NCBI RefSeq assembly: GCF_009914755.1
Contig: NC_060935.1
DNA from: the human T2T-CHM13v2.0 reference genome, Homo sapiens
Strand: one strand, 5' to 3'
DNA length: 64,000 bases
Under the pieces are notes generated by a model. It had not been told where the DNA came from. It saw only the letters and a program-made list of their open reading frames with translations, and searched no databases. Shown piece by piece: positions 17,161 to 33,856 of the stretch. Each line of letters opens with the position of its first letter. Positions within the stretch are counted from its first letter, which is position 1. The translations under genes were made by a program, and so were the position numbers.

Positions 17161-17239
17161 TTGCAAGAATGAAACAACTTTAAAAGGCAAGAATTATATC
17201 TTAATTATCATTTCATTCCTTCACCTTGCACCCCAACAT

Positions 17240-19962
17240 ACACATATGTATAGAACACTCCACCCAACAGCAGTAAAGTACACATTCTTTATAAACACCC
17301 TTAGAACATTCTCCAGGATAGACCATATTCTACACCATTTAAAAGTCTCAACAAATGTAAAAGAATCAAAATTATTAGATGTATGCTCTCTGACCCTAAT
17401 GAAACTAAACTAAAACCCAGCAATCGAAAGAAATATTGGAAATCTCCAACTATTCAGAAGTTAACACATTTCAAAACACCCTATAGGTATAAGAAGAAGT
17501 CACAAATGAAATTTAAAAGTATGTTGAGCTAAAAGAAAATGAAAACACAGTGTAACAAAATTTATGGATTGCAGCTAAAGCAATGCTTAAGATATGTTTT
17601 TAACTTTAAATATATATAGTCTAAACAAAAAAGTTCAAATATGAATAATCTAAGATTGTATCCCCATACACAAAAGAAAGGAAATAAAATCAGGTATGTT
17701 GAAGAAAGGAAAAATAAAGATTAGAGTAAAAATCAATGAACTAGAAAAAAAATGGGAAAAAAAATTGGTCACACCAAAAGTTGATTCTTTGTAAAAATCA
17801 GCAAAATTAATAAACATTAACCAGATTTACTAAGAAAAAAAGAGAGAAGACACAAATTATTAAGGTCTAGTATAAAATCATTACACTACAGTCACTACAG
17901 AATCTACAGAAATTAAGATATTATGAGAAATATTATGAAGAGCTTCATGGCATTAAATTGGGCAACACAGAAGAAACGAACACGTTTCTAGAAAGACATA
18001 AATTATCAAAACTGACTCAAGAAGAAATACTAAATCTAAGTAGATAATATAACGTAATAAAATTTAAAATATTTCTTCCACACACAAAAATACTCAGGAC
18101 CAGAGTGATGACTTTACTGGTGAATTCAATCAAACATTTAAGGTCAAGATAATACCAGTCCTACTCAAACTATCAGAAAGTAGAGGAATAAAAAGCATTT
18201 AGCAACTTATTTTATGGGGCCATTATTACCCTGATACTGAAGTCAGACAAATAAATTATAAGGAAAAAAAATTGCAAACCAATATCTTTCACAAATGTAA
18301 TCATTATGTAAACAAAATATTGGCAAATTTTATCTACAACATATTAAAAGAATTATCATGACAAAGTGGATTTTATCCCAGAATGTAAAGTCTATTTAAA
18401 ATCCAAAATTCAATGAGTATAGTACACCATATTAATAGAATAAAGGGTAAAAATTATATGATCATTTCAATAGACTCAGAAAAGCATTCGACAAAATCCA
18501 ACACTTATTCATAATAAAAATCTCAGCAAGCTGGAAATAGTTTACAAAATCCTACAGCTAACATGATGTTTAATGGTGAAAGACTGAATTCATTTCTCCT
18601 AAAATTTGGATTAAGGAAAGGATATTCACCCTTACCACTTCTTTTCAGCATTGTACTGAAGTTTCCATCCAGTGCAGTAAGTCAAGAAAAAGGAATTAAA
18701 GTCATATAGATCAGACAGGAAGAAGTAAGATGACCTTTATTTGAAGACAGGTGGCTTTGTATTAGAAAAAAAAACTATTAAAACAAGTAAACAAATTGAG
18801 CAAGGTCACAGGATACAAACTCAAGATACACAACTAATTGTCTAATTGTCTTTTTATATTATTAGCAATGAACAATCCAAAAATAAGATTAAGAAAATAA
18901 TTTAATTAATAATGGTATCAAAAAAGAACAAAATACTTAGGAATAAATTAACATAAATAGTACAACATAATACTCAAACCAACAAAATATTCCTCAGAGA
19001 AAATAGAGATCCAAATAAATTGAAAGCCACACCCTCCTCATAGCTTGAAGGACTCAGTATTTTTAAAATAGTAATTCCCTTCAAATTGATTTGTAAACTC
19101 AACACAAATTTTATAAAATTCCTTCAGATCTATTTGTATAAATTAACAAGCTAATCCAAAATTAATATGAAAATGCAAAGGACATAGAAGAGAATAAACA
19201 ATTTTGAAGAGAAAGACTAAGTTGGGGAATTTATACTACTTAACTTCAAAATTAAACCTTCAAGAATCAAAACAGTGTAGTGCTGGCATAAGTATAGACA
19301 TACAGCTCAGTAAAACAGAGTAGGGTATCCAGAAGCAAACCCGTGTATTTATGATCCATTGATTTTCAACAAAGATGCCAAGGTAATTCAATGGATGAGA
19401 AAATAGTCTTTTTCTAAAAATGAAGCTGGAATAATCGGATATCCATATGTAGCAAAATCAACTTAGATGCTAACTTACTCTGCACATAAAATAGCAATTA
19501 AAAATGAATCATAGATCTAAATGTAAGCACTGAAAGTATAACATTTCTAGACGAAAACATAGGGAAAAAAATCTTTGTGACTTTGGGTTAGGCAAAGAGT
19601 TCTTAGATACAGCATGAAAACCACAATCTATAAAAGGAAAAACATTTCTAAATTTGACTTCATCAGAATTTTTAAATGTTTACATTCTGAAAATACCATT
19701 AAGAATGTGAAAAGACACACCACAGACTGGGAGAAAATGTAATAAATCATTTACCTTATAATGAACATCTATTTGAAGTATGTAAAGAACTTTTTCACTC
19801 TGTAAGAAGACAACCTAATTGAGAACTTCCAATAAATTTGAAACAGAAACCTCACCAAAGATACATAGAATACAAAAAGCTCAAAAAAAGATGCTGAACA
19901 TCATTAGTTATTACAGAAATACAACTTAACACCACACTGAGATACCACTATATACTGACTAG
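17240..19962 (+). mobile_element. Old L1M ORF2 (endonuclease through C-terminus), heavily decayed
   Basis: A-rich sense ORF2 motifs (aacattctccaggatagaccat; agaaaaagcattcgacaaaatccaac; gattttcaacaaagatgccaagg; accacactgagataccac). No ORF of 60 aa or more. Confidence 0.85.
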
Positions 19963-20689
19963 CATGGGATTTTTTTTTAAAAAAAAGACATTTTTGCATT
20001 TCTGTAGAAAAAGCTTGACTCAAAAATCAGTTGATAAGGTACAGATTCCTGTCTTTGAATCTGTCACTAAAAGACAGATTCCTGTGCCTCACTCCAGAAT
20101 TCATGAATCAGATATTTCACTGATTCATAATCTCTGGTGGAGGCTTAGGAGTAATACCAGAATTTACATTTCAAATGAGTCCCTTGGCATTTTAAATAAA
20201 CATTACATTCAACAACTATTAATGTAGGTCTTTCTTTCGCCATTGTGATATGAGAAAATCAAACTAGAATTATTTGTAATATTTTTATCTCTATAATTCT
20301 ATGCTTTTTTCATCCTATATTTTTCCCTGTCTCTTTCAAAGCCCCTAATTTTCCCTGATCAGATTTTTAAAATTTTATGCATTTTCTAATAAAAGGATAG
20401 GGCCTCCTTGCAATGGATTCCTCCCTCCCAGTGAAAGGCCTACATTCTAATTATTGATAATACATGAGTTCATCCAGATGTGTTTTCAGCGTTTCTAGAT
20501 GTCTCCTTTCATCCACCATCAATCAATGCAGGAGGGTGGGCTTTGTGCTTGGCAGCCAAAGCCGATGAGAGTGAGATGCTAAGGAACCAGACCAAGGATT
20601 CAGATGGTGCTGCTACACTGCTCCCAGTGGATTTCATACTCTGGGTCCATGAATCCTGCCTTGACTACAATTCAAAGGGGCCTAGTGTA

Positions 20690-20915
20690 GGGGTTGAGAG
20701 TGTGGCCTCTGGAGTCCAGTACCTGAGTTCAAGTCCTGGCTCTTCCACTTAGTGCCTCAGACACAGTCTGACTTCTCTATTCCTATTCCTCACCTGTAAA
20801 ATGCAGACAAGCGTATTCCTGACTCACAGGTCCTTACAAGGACCAGATGGTTAATATTTGTAAAGTGCTTGAAAGAGTACCTGGCATATAGTAGGGCCTG
20901 TGTAACTGGTTTGTT
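20690..20915 (+). mobile_element. MIR
   Basis: ctctggagtccagtacctgagttcaagtcctggctc...cctcacctgtaaaatg...gtacctggcatatagtagg. Confidence 0.8.
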
Positions 20916-21103
20916 AAATAAATTGACCTGTTTGGGTTGATTTCAGGTATTAATTTCCCGTGGCACAGTTCTGAGACATCTGAGCAGTGCTTGCGATCAT
21001 GTGTGAGGTACAGATGTTTGCTTTTGGGTGTCAGCATTTGGGGATGACAACACAGCCAGATGGGCATCTTGGAAATTGTGTTCCAAGAAGACCTAGAGTT
21101 CCA

Positions 21104-21105
<2 letters not shown>

Positions 21106-21143
<38 letters not shown>
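21106..21143. repeat. (TG)n microsatellite, ~19 units
   Basis: Uninterrupted TG run. Confidence 0.98.
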
Positions 21144-21147
<4 letters not shown>

Positions 21148-22199
21148 GAAGTGAAAAGGACAGATAGTAAACAACTAAGACTAATGAACAAGATACTCTC
21201 AGATAGTAGTATTATGAAATAAATAAAATGGGGTGATGTGATAGCAAGACACTGTGGTCTTGTTAAAGATGATCCCCCTGGGCTGCCTCTGTCTCATCCC
21301 TCCCCAGTCGCACCCAACCCCAGCCTACTCCCTGCCCAAGATGGGGCAGCCAGGGCCAAACAGTCGTACATGTGTAGCCCACATCACCACACTTGATTTG
21401 CTTCATTCCCAAGGGTCAAATAGGCCAATTTCCCACATCCTGTGCTTCCCTCTATTTAAAAGCCCTGAATGACTATTCCAGTGACACTCCTTTGAAAAAT
21501 TTTCCATGAACTTCGGGCTAAAACCTTCCTTTATTTAATTTCACCTTAATTGCATCAATTAGGCTCCTTTCATGTTTGCTCAACAAACTCTTTTGTTTCT
21601 TTCACTCAGCTCTGAGCAACAGCTGCCAAGTGGAGTCTTTGTTCTGAGGCCTTTTTTTAATGGTCTTCACACCAATCTCGTTTGTTTTCCTCAGTGGCAG
21701 CTCTGAACAAACCTGAAAAGGTGTTGCCATTAAGCCACAGAGGGCAAGCTTAGTTGCCAGCTGCCATTTACCCCTCATCCAGTTCCCGGAATGGAAAATG
21801 AGGCCTTTCTTCTCTCATTTTGAAGGGAACATGTTTGGTTTGGTTGTGTTGGGAGAGGTGTCAGAGCCCTCAGATAACTGAATGCTCCTCAGAGTCTCAC
21901 TTATGACACCCCTTCTCCCATCCCCAGTCTTCAGTCCCTCAAGTCACTTTTGCTCTTTCAAGCTATAGAGATTTCATGGCTACCTCCCTGCCTGTAGTCT
22001 TCTCCCACTTCCTCCATTCTCACAGCTGGCAGAGAAAGATCATTCTAAAATGGATCCCATCAGACCACTCACATGCTAAACTCTTCCATGGCTTCTCACA
22101 GAATTCAGGGTACCTTGCTCACTCCTTAGCTTGCTGCTCCAAGTTCTTCAGGCTTGACTCTTTAGTTTCAAGTTCCTCAACCCCTGCAACCCACACGAG

Positions 22200-23056
<857 letters not shown>

Positions 23057-23129
23057 AGTCACTTCCTCAGACAATTCTTTCAGACCTTGAAGTCCACCCT
23101 AAGCTATCATGCATATTCCCATGCCATCG

Positions 23130-23540
23130 TCCTTGCACCTGCTACTGTCTCTATCTGAAATTACCTTTCCATTCTCTGCATGGCCAACTCTTGCTTTTTC
23201 TTTGGAAACCTAAGTACTACTTTCTTTGGCAAGACTCTTTTTTTAATCTTTTCAGTTTGTGTAGGACAGGTCCCCTCTAACATTCTTTCAACAAATATAT
23301 ATTAAGCTTCTACTATGAGCCAGACACTGAAGCTTCAACAGTGAAGCATATTTCCATGTTGCTCTATGGTTCCCTGTTATATCAAAGACTGCATTCTGTT
23401 TGAAATGGCTTCTACCTTTATCTCACAACAAGCTCGCCGAAGGCTGAGGCTGTATGCTTCTCTATGTATATCCTGGGCATCTGGCGTAGTGCTAGTACAT
23501 AGTAGGTGCTCAATAGATTCCAACTAAATTAACAAATGAG
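23130..23540 (+). mobile_element. L2 fragments including the 3' end
   Basis: catagtaggtgctcaatagattccaactaaattaacaaatga. Confidence 0.6.
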
Positions 23541-24219
23541 TTGTGATCTTCAGCTGGTGTTTATATGAACACTTGAGTTTAGGTTTGGCTGATTTCTGCC
23601 AAGTCCAGCTTCCTGAAGTGGAAGCATTGTCAAAACCCTGAAATGATAGTGGTGGGAATGAAGTCTAATAGCAAACTTTCTGGTTTGGGTACCCTTCAAA
23701 TGCAAATGCACCAACACTAAGAACCCAGAGTTGGAAACCCTTTAGAATGAGCACTGGGACACACTTGTCCTGAAATGCACAAGAAAATCTTCTACTTTGA
23801 TGGTGAGAGGGAAGATCAGCAGATGCAGCATTCACATCAGTCTGCACTACATAGGTATATGAACCTCTGAACTTAGTCCCTCTGTCTCTTCTGCCCTGGG
23901 GGTAGCAAACATATAGGCAGATGGGAGGAGGCCAAACTCCAAAGGCTTTCTGTTTTGTTTTGAATATACCAAGCAATCTGAGAAAGAGAACTTGCTCTTA
24001 AAATGAAAGTAATGTGTGCTTGCTTGGGGCTGGATACAAAAGAAAGATTTATCAATGTTAAAAAACTCCATCTGTTTTTAGGAAGCTGCCTTGTGGTTAC
24101 CACTTCTTGTGCCTATTATTTCATGCTAAGGAGCCACACAGACCGTGTGGCAGTTTTTTGCCATTATGGCACAGAGAGAGCAAAAGCCCAGAGCCCGGAG
24201 AAACAACAAGCAGTTTGTC

Positions 24220-24447
24220 TATTATCTCAACCAGGGCTGAATTTACCTCCTTCACTCCAGGACCTCTGGCAATGACCAGAGACATTTTCAGATATCATGT
24301 TGGGGTAGGGGTGGGGGTGGGGGACTACTGCCTCTAGTGGATAAAAGTCAGGGATACTGCTAAACCTCCTACAATGCACAGGACTGCCCCCATTACAAAG
24401 AATCATCCAGCTCAACGTGTTAGTAGGGCCAAGATTGAGAAACCCTG
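24220..24447 (+). mobile_element. MER20
   Basis: cagggatactgctaaacctcctacaatgcacaggactgcccc...gattgagaaaccctg. Confidence 0.85.
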
Positions 24448-24451
24448 GCTT

Positions 24452-24625
24452 AAGGCACTGGTTTCAAGCTTCAGTGTACATCAGAATCACTTAGAAGGCT
24501 TTTTAAGACACAGGTTGCTGGTTTGGGAGCCATGGAGTAGGGCACAGGAATTTGCATTTTTAACAAATTCTCAGGTGATTCGGATGCCGCTCCTGGGACA
24601 AACGTTTGAGAATCAATTGTCTAGA
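24452..24625. mobile_element. MER5A (hAT-Charlie)
   Basis: catcagaatcacttagaagg...ggaatttgcatttttaacaaattctcaggtgatt...tttgagaatca. Confidence 0.75.
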
Positions 24626-26939
24626 GTTTCCCTTCCCTAAGTAGTAGAAGCTGAGTGTGGGTACCACTTGCTGGGGCATGAAGGGAAGGTCTAGGAAGGG
24701 GGTCTCCATATAGGCCTTTTGGGGGTCCTCTCTGGCCTCTCAACAGGAATCTTTCCTTTGGGTCAGTGAAATTCATACTAATTCAGTGTAAACACCTACT
24801 CTGGGTTGGAACCTGAAAAGCAAAACAAAAACATTCATGAAAGAAAAAGCAGCCTGAACCAGGAAGGGAAATGAGCTGCAACTGGGGTCAATTTTTTGGC
24901 ACATTCCACGGGACTCACAGAGCAGGTAACAATAGCTCCAATTCTCCAGAGGGGCAGCCAGATCAACAAAAGTTCAATTAGTAAGTCTTGGCAAATAAAG
25001 GCAACAAACAGTTTGGCAATAATAAATTAAGTCCATGCTTGGCTTTCACCCAGGCTCGTTACTGTCTCCCTGCCAGGCTTTGTGAAAGAGTGGCTTTGAA
25101 GGCTCCTGAAAAGGGTTCATTTCTTGAACAATTCTTGCTTTTGTTTGCTGCCATTCTCTTCTTTTCTTTGCTCCTTTCTTCACTTATCATGAAGGGCACT
25201 CACAGGAGCATTCGGCTTCTGTCCTCCCAAGAGTATGACGTTCACTCCTCTTCTTCCCAAGAAGGTACAAGGAGCCCACTGTCAATTCTGCTGTCACCCA
25301 TAGAGGACATCCAGGGATGAGAACTAAGGGACTGCAGATTCAAAGAGATGAGCTTTCTAGTTTAAAAATTCAATTTCCAAGAAAACAGAGAACAAAGGCT
25401 ACTGACGCTTAGAGACACTGCTTCCATTTTGAACATGTTTCTAAGGATAAGGAAATGAAATCATTTGGTGAACATGCCAAGCACCTTGAAGCCTTGCAAA
25501 TTATAGTGTGGAGTCCACATTCTCCAAGTCCTCTGTGTCCCCTAAGATGTGGATATTAGCATTAATGATAATGATAATTATCTAATATTTACCGAGTTTT
25601 CCTGTGTGTCAGATATACTTCTAAGCATTCTACATCTGTTCTTTTATCTATTCTTTTTAGGAAAGCCTGCAGGATTGATATTTCATTATTCCCGTTTTGT
25701 AGTTGAGCAAATAGAGGCAAAGAAAAATTAAGTGTCTGAAATGGGGTCATTTTATTTTCTTTATGAAACAGTGCAGACTGATTCTTGCCAATGGTGTAAT
25801 CATTCTGTGCTATGTGGATATTCTCCAACTTGTAGAGTGTCCTGTAGCAGTGGTGTACTCTCAAGCAGATGTCTCTACTTTAGGCAAACATGTTGTGAGA
25901 TACCAACTCTTACCACCATTGAGTGAGGTCCTGCTGGCAGTTAGTGTTTTAACTGTGCTTTGGCTGCTACCACTGATGATTTGGGGACAAGGAGTAATGC
26001 TTGGGTTGTACTTAGGCAGCACTGAATTCACAGAGAGAACATAAAAGGGAAAAGAGACCTGCCAACAACAACAAAATGAAATGGCAGATCTAGTTTAATA
26101 TGTTGGGAAATCCAGTCCCATCGGGTGATTTTAGGTTTGATTTTACTGATCATCAAGGTCACCCCTTACTTGCATTCCCAGTTTCCCAGTGGAGGCAGTG
26201 GAGGCTAAGAGGATGAACCTATCCAAGAATACACAGTAAATGGTAGAAGTGAGACTAGAACTTGGGACCACTGACTTTCGTTCCTGTGTTATTTTTATTA
26301 TTCCACTCAGACTCTCCCATTGGTACATCAGTGGTATGAGCCAGATGGAATTTCTGGACACAGAGGATTTAGTAAAATTCACAGAATCACAGAGTCTTAC
26401 TGTCTGGAGAGATCTTGCCTGGTTTAATTGCCTCCCTTCTCGAAAGATGCAGTGAGAGCCACAGGGACATTACAGGCATTTCTCTGTTTCTGCATTGAGA
26501 GCTGTGAGCTCCACACCCCTGGGGCTGAGGAGCATTGACTAGCCCAGTCAACAGATGATGTGGGTCCCCTTGTGCGCTAGGCACTACCATGTGTTACGGG
26601 GTCAAGTAAAATGATGCCTTTTAGACAATGGTCCTATAAGAGCCTAGGATCAGAGACCATGTCCCCAGCTTCCACAGAATATCGAGAGAGAAGCAGGAAA
26701 TCAATATGGGGAAAGAAAGTTGAAGTTGGGTTGCAGGGGTTATAAATGCCAGGCCAGACAATCTTAACTTTACTCTGAAGACAAGGAGGGACCACTAGAA
26801 CTTCTTAAGTCGATCTTTGATATGGATAGAGTTTTGCTTTGGGAAAAGGAAGATGGTGTGATGCCCAGACTTGTGGGCCGATATCAGATGGCAGAAATGG
26901 CAGCTAGATTACTGTAGCCATCCAGACAAAAACTAATGT

Positions 26940-27630
26940 GGTGACTCAGCAATTTTGCATGTAGGATGTATCAAATAGAAATGAAAACCTAGGTCCATGT
27001 AAAGGCTGTACATAAATGTTCATTATAGTTTTACTCATGATAGTCAAAACAGAAACAACTCAAATAAATGTCCATCATTTGGAGAATGGATGAACAAATT
27101 ATAATTTATTTCTACGATAGAATACTACTCATCAGTATTAAAAAAAGAATAATGGATGCGGGAAACCGCATGGAGGAATCTCACAGACATTATGCTCAGT
27201 GAAAGACGCTGAACAGAAAAGAATGCATGCTGTATTATTCCATTTATATGAACTTCGGGAACAGCCAATCTAATCTAAGATGAAAAATCAGAACAGCAGT
27301 TGCCCTGGGGGACAGGAGTGATTGGCTGGGCAGGGACACAAAGAAACTGGGAGATAAAAATATTCTAGATCATGATAGAAGCATGATTAAATAGACGCCT
27401 CCATTTGTCAAATTTGCACACAAAGATTTGTGCTGTGTAAATTCTGTATAAATTTTATCTTACTTAGAAAATAACTGTAGAATAATAAAAATAATTGAGC
27501 CAGGAATACAGAATGGCATAATATTGATAATTATAAAAACTGAGTGATAGGCACATGGAGGTTCATTATACTATCCTGTTTAGTTTGTATATGCTTAACA
27601 TTTTCCATAATAAAGAATTAAAATAAGTAT
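26940..27630 (+). mobile_element. L1MD/ME 3' end inserted in an L2
   Basis: aaatgtccatcatttggagaatggatgaacaaatt; gacattatgctcagtgaaag; ggaggttcattatactat...ttttccataataaa. Confidence 0.75.
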
Positions 27631-28468
27631 TGGGCCTGAACCAGGGCAGTGGGAAGGGAGAAGCCAGGACAGACGAAAGCACTGTGGGTATATTCTTGAA
27701 GTATCTTGACAACTACTTGGCTGTAGGGGGTGGTTTTCAAAGGCAAATGTTAACAATGACATAGAGTTTCAGTGATGAAGCCTTTAGCAAAGAATAAAAG
27801 AGGTTTTAGAGGGGTTGGAGGAGGTTGAATGTGAGGCTATACTGATTCTGAAATGCTGGTGGAATGAAAGCAAGGAAGCACTCAGCAGGAAGACAGAAAG
27901 GAAGGAGGATGACATCCTACCTTGAGTGTCATCCTCCTTCCTGTCATCCTGAGTGCAAGATCAAGGGGGAAACTTCAATGATGGCAATAAATTTTTGCAC
28001 AGGCTTGTACATCACTAAGCTAACCACAAGTCCCCAGAGTTATCTACATTGGATGCTTACAATGAGCCAAGCCTTGTTTCCCACTGCGGCTACAGCCTAA
28101 TGGGAGAGACAGGAACATCAATACAAATGCAACATAATGTGGTTAGTGTGAAGATAAATGTATGCAAATCATGTTACCAGGGCCCAGAAAGAAAGCTCTT
28201 GACCCAGCCTCGCTGAGAGAGAAAGGAGAAACCAAAACCAAGCTATCCTTGAAGAAGACCCCTGAGCTTAGATGGAAACCATGGCCAGCTGGTGCTTGTG
28301 GAGTTTAGAGACTTCCTGGATGCCTGGGAAAACCTCATGCTGTGATCCTTATACTTACCACTTGAGCTAGAATTCCCATAATTGTAGACTTCTGGAGATG
28401 AAATGAACCCTGAATTAGATTCACAGAACATTTATTGGGCACCTACTATGTCAAAGATATTGTGCTAG

Positions 28469-30797
<2,329 letters not shown>

Positions 30798-31859
30798 GCT
30801 AGGTACTGTTGAGTGATTCAAAAGTGAGAAAAAAATACATTCCCTGCCTTTAAGGAGCTTCTACCTAATAGTGGAGACAGAGGCAGCTATACAACTCTAT
30901 ATCACAGAAGTTGATACATGAAAAAAGCAGTAACTTATTATACACATAAAAAATATAACACAAAGAAGGGAGATGTACAACTAGGAGATCAGAGGACATC
31001 CCATTCATTTTACAGATAAGGAAAGTAAATTTCAGAGAATTAATGTCACCTGTTCAAGATTGCATAGCTATTCAATAATTTTGATTGATTTCTGAGAATA
31101 CTGAGCTATTTGATCCTAACTCTTGCTTCCTGACCTGGGCTTCATCTCTATTTCTGTGGCAGCATTCCAACTCTTATGTATTTACTGTAGTTAACACTCA
31201 CTCACCCACTGCACCTGCTTTTCTACTCCCCTTTGATATAATGAACACTGGCTACAAAGTACTCAGAGTGGATAGAAGTCATTGCTTCCCTGAGTATGAG
31301 CTTAGTGCAATATGTTATAAAATTCAATCCTGGACAAATAGCACTACTGACTTGCTCCCTTTGGAAGCCAGTCTTGACATCAATTAAGCCCTTTACACAA
31401 TCTCTAATTTGTGATTAAATACATTTTAAAAATACAATTAGTTTTGGGCTGGAGCTACAGAGGCCTTTGATTCATAATTGGCTGATTGTTTCCAGAAAAT
31501 TAACCAAGGGAGCAGTCATACTCAGTTGGCTCTGCAAGACCCATTGCAAATGCACACCCTAATTCCTGCCTCCTCCCAGGGTTAAAGAAATGTCTTCACA
31601 AGTGGGAACCTACCTACCTACCTGACTTCAGTTTTCTAAAATATAAATGTGATTATGTCACTCCCTAGCTCAAAATCTCTAGGGCTCCCCATTATCTTCT
31701 GGACAATGTCCCAACTTCTTGACTCCCTTAGAAGCTTTTCATGTACTGGCCTCTGCCTCACATCCAGCCTCATGGAGCCTTGCTCATTGTGTCCTAGTGG
31801 CCTTTCAGACCACCAAATCTCTGTAGCAAATCCCATTAGCAGTTTCACTAACAAACCTA

Positions 31860-32700
31860 TATTCATTAATCTATTCTTTCACTAATTCATTCCATAAATA
31901 CTTCATGGAACTTTATTAGGTGTCAGCCCCAGTGCTAGGCCCTTGGGATTAAGTGATGAGCTAGGGAGTCAAGGATCTTTAATTCTCAGAGGTAGACATT
32001 AATCAAATAATCACACATCTACATGGTTACAAATGTGCACATACAAAGAGCTGGCAAAAGGGAACAGTAAGTACAAAGGTCCTGGGAAGGAGAAGAGCCT
32101 GGCACAGTTGAGCAACTGACACAGACAGCATAGTAAAGGGGAAAATGGAATGAGTTGAATTTGGAGAAGTACCAAAGGACTAAATCATGTAGTACCTTGT
32201 AATCCATGGTAAAGAGTTAGATTGGTAGAAGGCAGGATTTTAAGAACAGAGAATGACACGATAATCTATGCAGTTAAAAGATTGCAGTGTGGGCTAGTGG
32301 GTGGAGATAGAATTAAAGGCAAGCAAACCTGGGAACTGAAAGACCTATTTGGAGATTACTATAAAACACCAGGCCAGTGAAGTGAGCAACCATCCTGGAT
32401 TGCCTTCAATTGAGGGGTTCCCTGAAGGTGGAACTTGCAGTACTAAACCCTAGAAAGTCCCAGACATATCGGGATGTTAGTTATCCTCTAGGCATGACAT
32501 CATGATGTCCTGAATTTTTAGATGACATTAAATGGAAGGATGGGGATGGTCTAGAGGTCAATGGCTTATTGATGGACTGAACAAAAGGGGCAGAGAAAAA
32601 GGAGAGTTCTTGACTTCTGGCTTTTGCAACCAGTTAGTAGGTCTTTCCATTGAGATAGATGATTTCCTATTTCTCTGTCTACCTCTGGGCTTTTTGAGAA
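31860..32700 (-). mobile_element. L2 fragment
   Basis: ttcattccataaatac...cagtgctaggcc...gacattaatcaaataatcacac, followed by purine-rich L2 body. Confidence 0.65.
32378..32489. mobile_element. MER94-like (hAT-Blackjack) element in L2
   Basis: caaccatcctggattgcc...tgaggggttccctg...cagtactaaacc...gaaagtcccag...gggatgttagttatcct. Confidence 0.6.
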
Positions 32701-33049
32701 GAAAGTAAGTCAACACAGAAGATGAGAGTGAAAGAAGACAGCTTCCCATTGTGTTATCACTTCTAGGACTTCAAGCAAATAATTGATGTCACACTAGGGC
32801 CAAAGACATGGTCAGCCAGGAAAACCTTGTGTGTTGTTTGAAAGGAGATCAAAGCAATTTATGAATTTTATGATGCTGTTCATAAAATCCCCATGTGGCA
32901 CCAACTAAGAGATAGGCACAGAGATGAGCAAAGGGAACCCAGATTATCATCAATATTGCTGGTAGAGTCAAGGTCTTGCTGTGCTCACTGGATAACTAGA
33001 AGCAGATGAGAATGCATCTTCTTGCAAAGGGCTGCTTCCCTGTAAAGAA

Positions 33050-33665
33050 AGGGCTGTGTGCTGCAAGGAGCACAGACCTTGTATTCCAGTCCTGCCTCAG
33101 CCACTTACCTGTTGTGTGATCTTAGGCAAGATCCTGAGAGCCTTCATTTCCTAACCTGTAAAACTAGAGTAATAATTACTTACTTTGCAGGGTTCTGATG
33201 AAAACTAGAGAGACAATGTGTTCTTCTACATGATAGGCTTTCAATCATGCTACCTCACATTATCTTAACTTATATTGTTCTCAGTATGGTATTTAAGCTT
33301 TTTAATACACTGTAGGGGGAAAAGGCAAATCAATGTGTTTATTCTGACCCACTTTTAGGGAGACCTTCCCCAGGTTGCTTCCCAAATATGCAGAAGTCTT
33401 ATAGAGTGGATGAAAGCTCAGTTCAGGGGACATACATACCACCTGTGTCTGAATATCAGCTCTGTCACTTGGTGGTATGATCTAGAACAGTACAACACTC
33501 CTCCATGCCTCACTATTGTCACTTATAAAAGAAGGATGATTTCCACTATATCTACCTTACAGGACTTCTGTGGATGTTAAATGAGATTATCCAAGCTAGG
33601 TGCTTAATGTGGTTCCTGGCACAAAGACAGAACTAAATAAATATTTTGACTATTTGCTCTTATTA
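33050..33665 (+). mobile_element. Two MIR copies
   Basis: ccacttacctgttgtgtgatcttaggcaag...ctgtaaaa; ctaccttacaggacttctgtggatgttaaatgaga...gttcctggcaca. Confidence 0.7.
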
Positions 33666-33856
33666 GTAGTGGGAAAAGGTTGTCATGAGCTCTTCCCACT
33701 CTCCCATTCCCTTTCACTCATGACTAATATTATACATGTGTGTATCACAGGGACTCTCAATATACTTTATACAGAGATTGGGTTCCTAAGGTAGTGTATA
33801 TGGTGAAAATTACAGGTATTCAAAATTTCCCTGGAAAATGCCTTCCAATCCCCCCC

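Noticed and set aside
21570-21725. Two plus-strand polypyrimidine/AG acceptors
   Set aside because: No good donor nearby (aag|gtgttg is weak) and no supporting reading frame.
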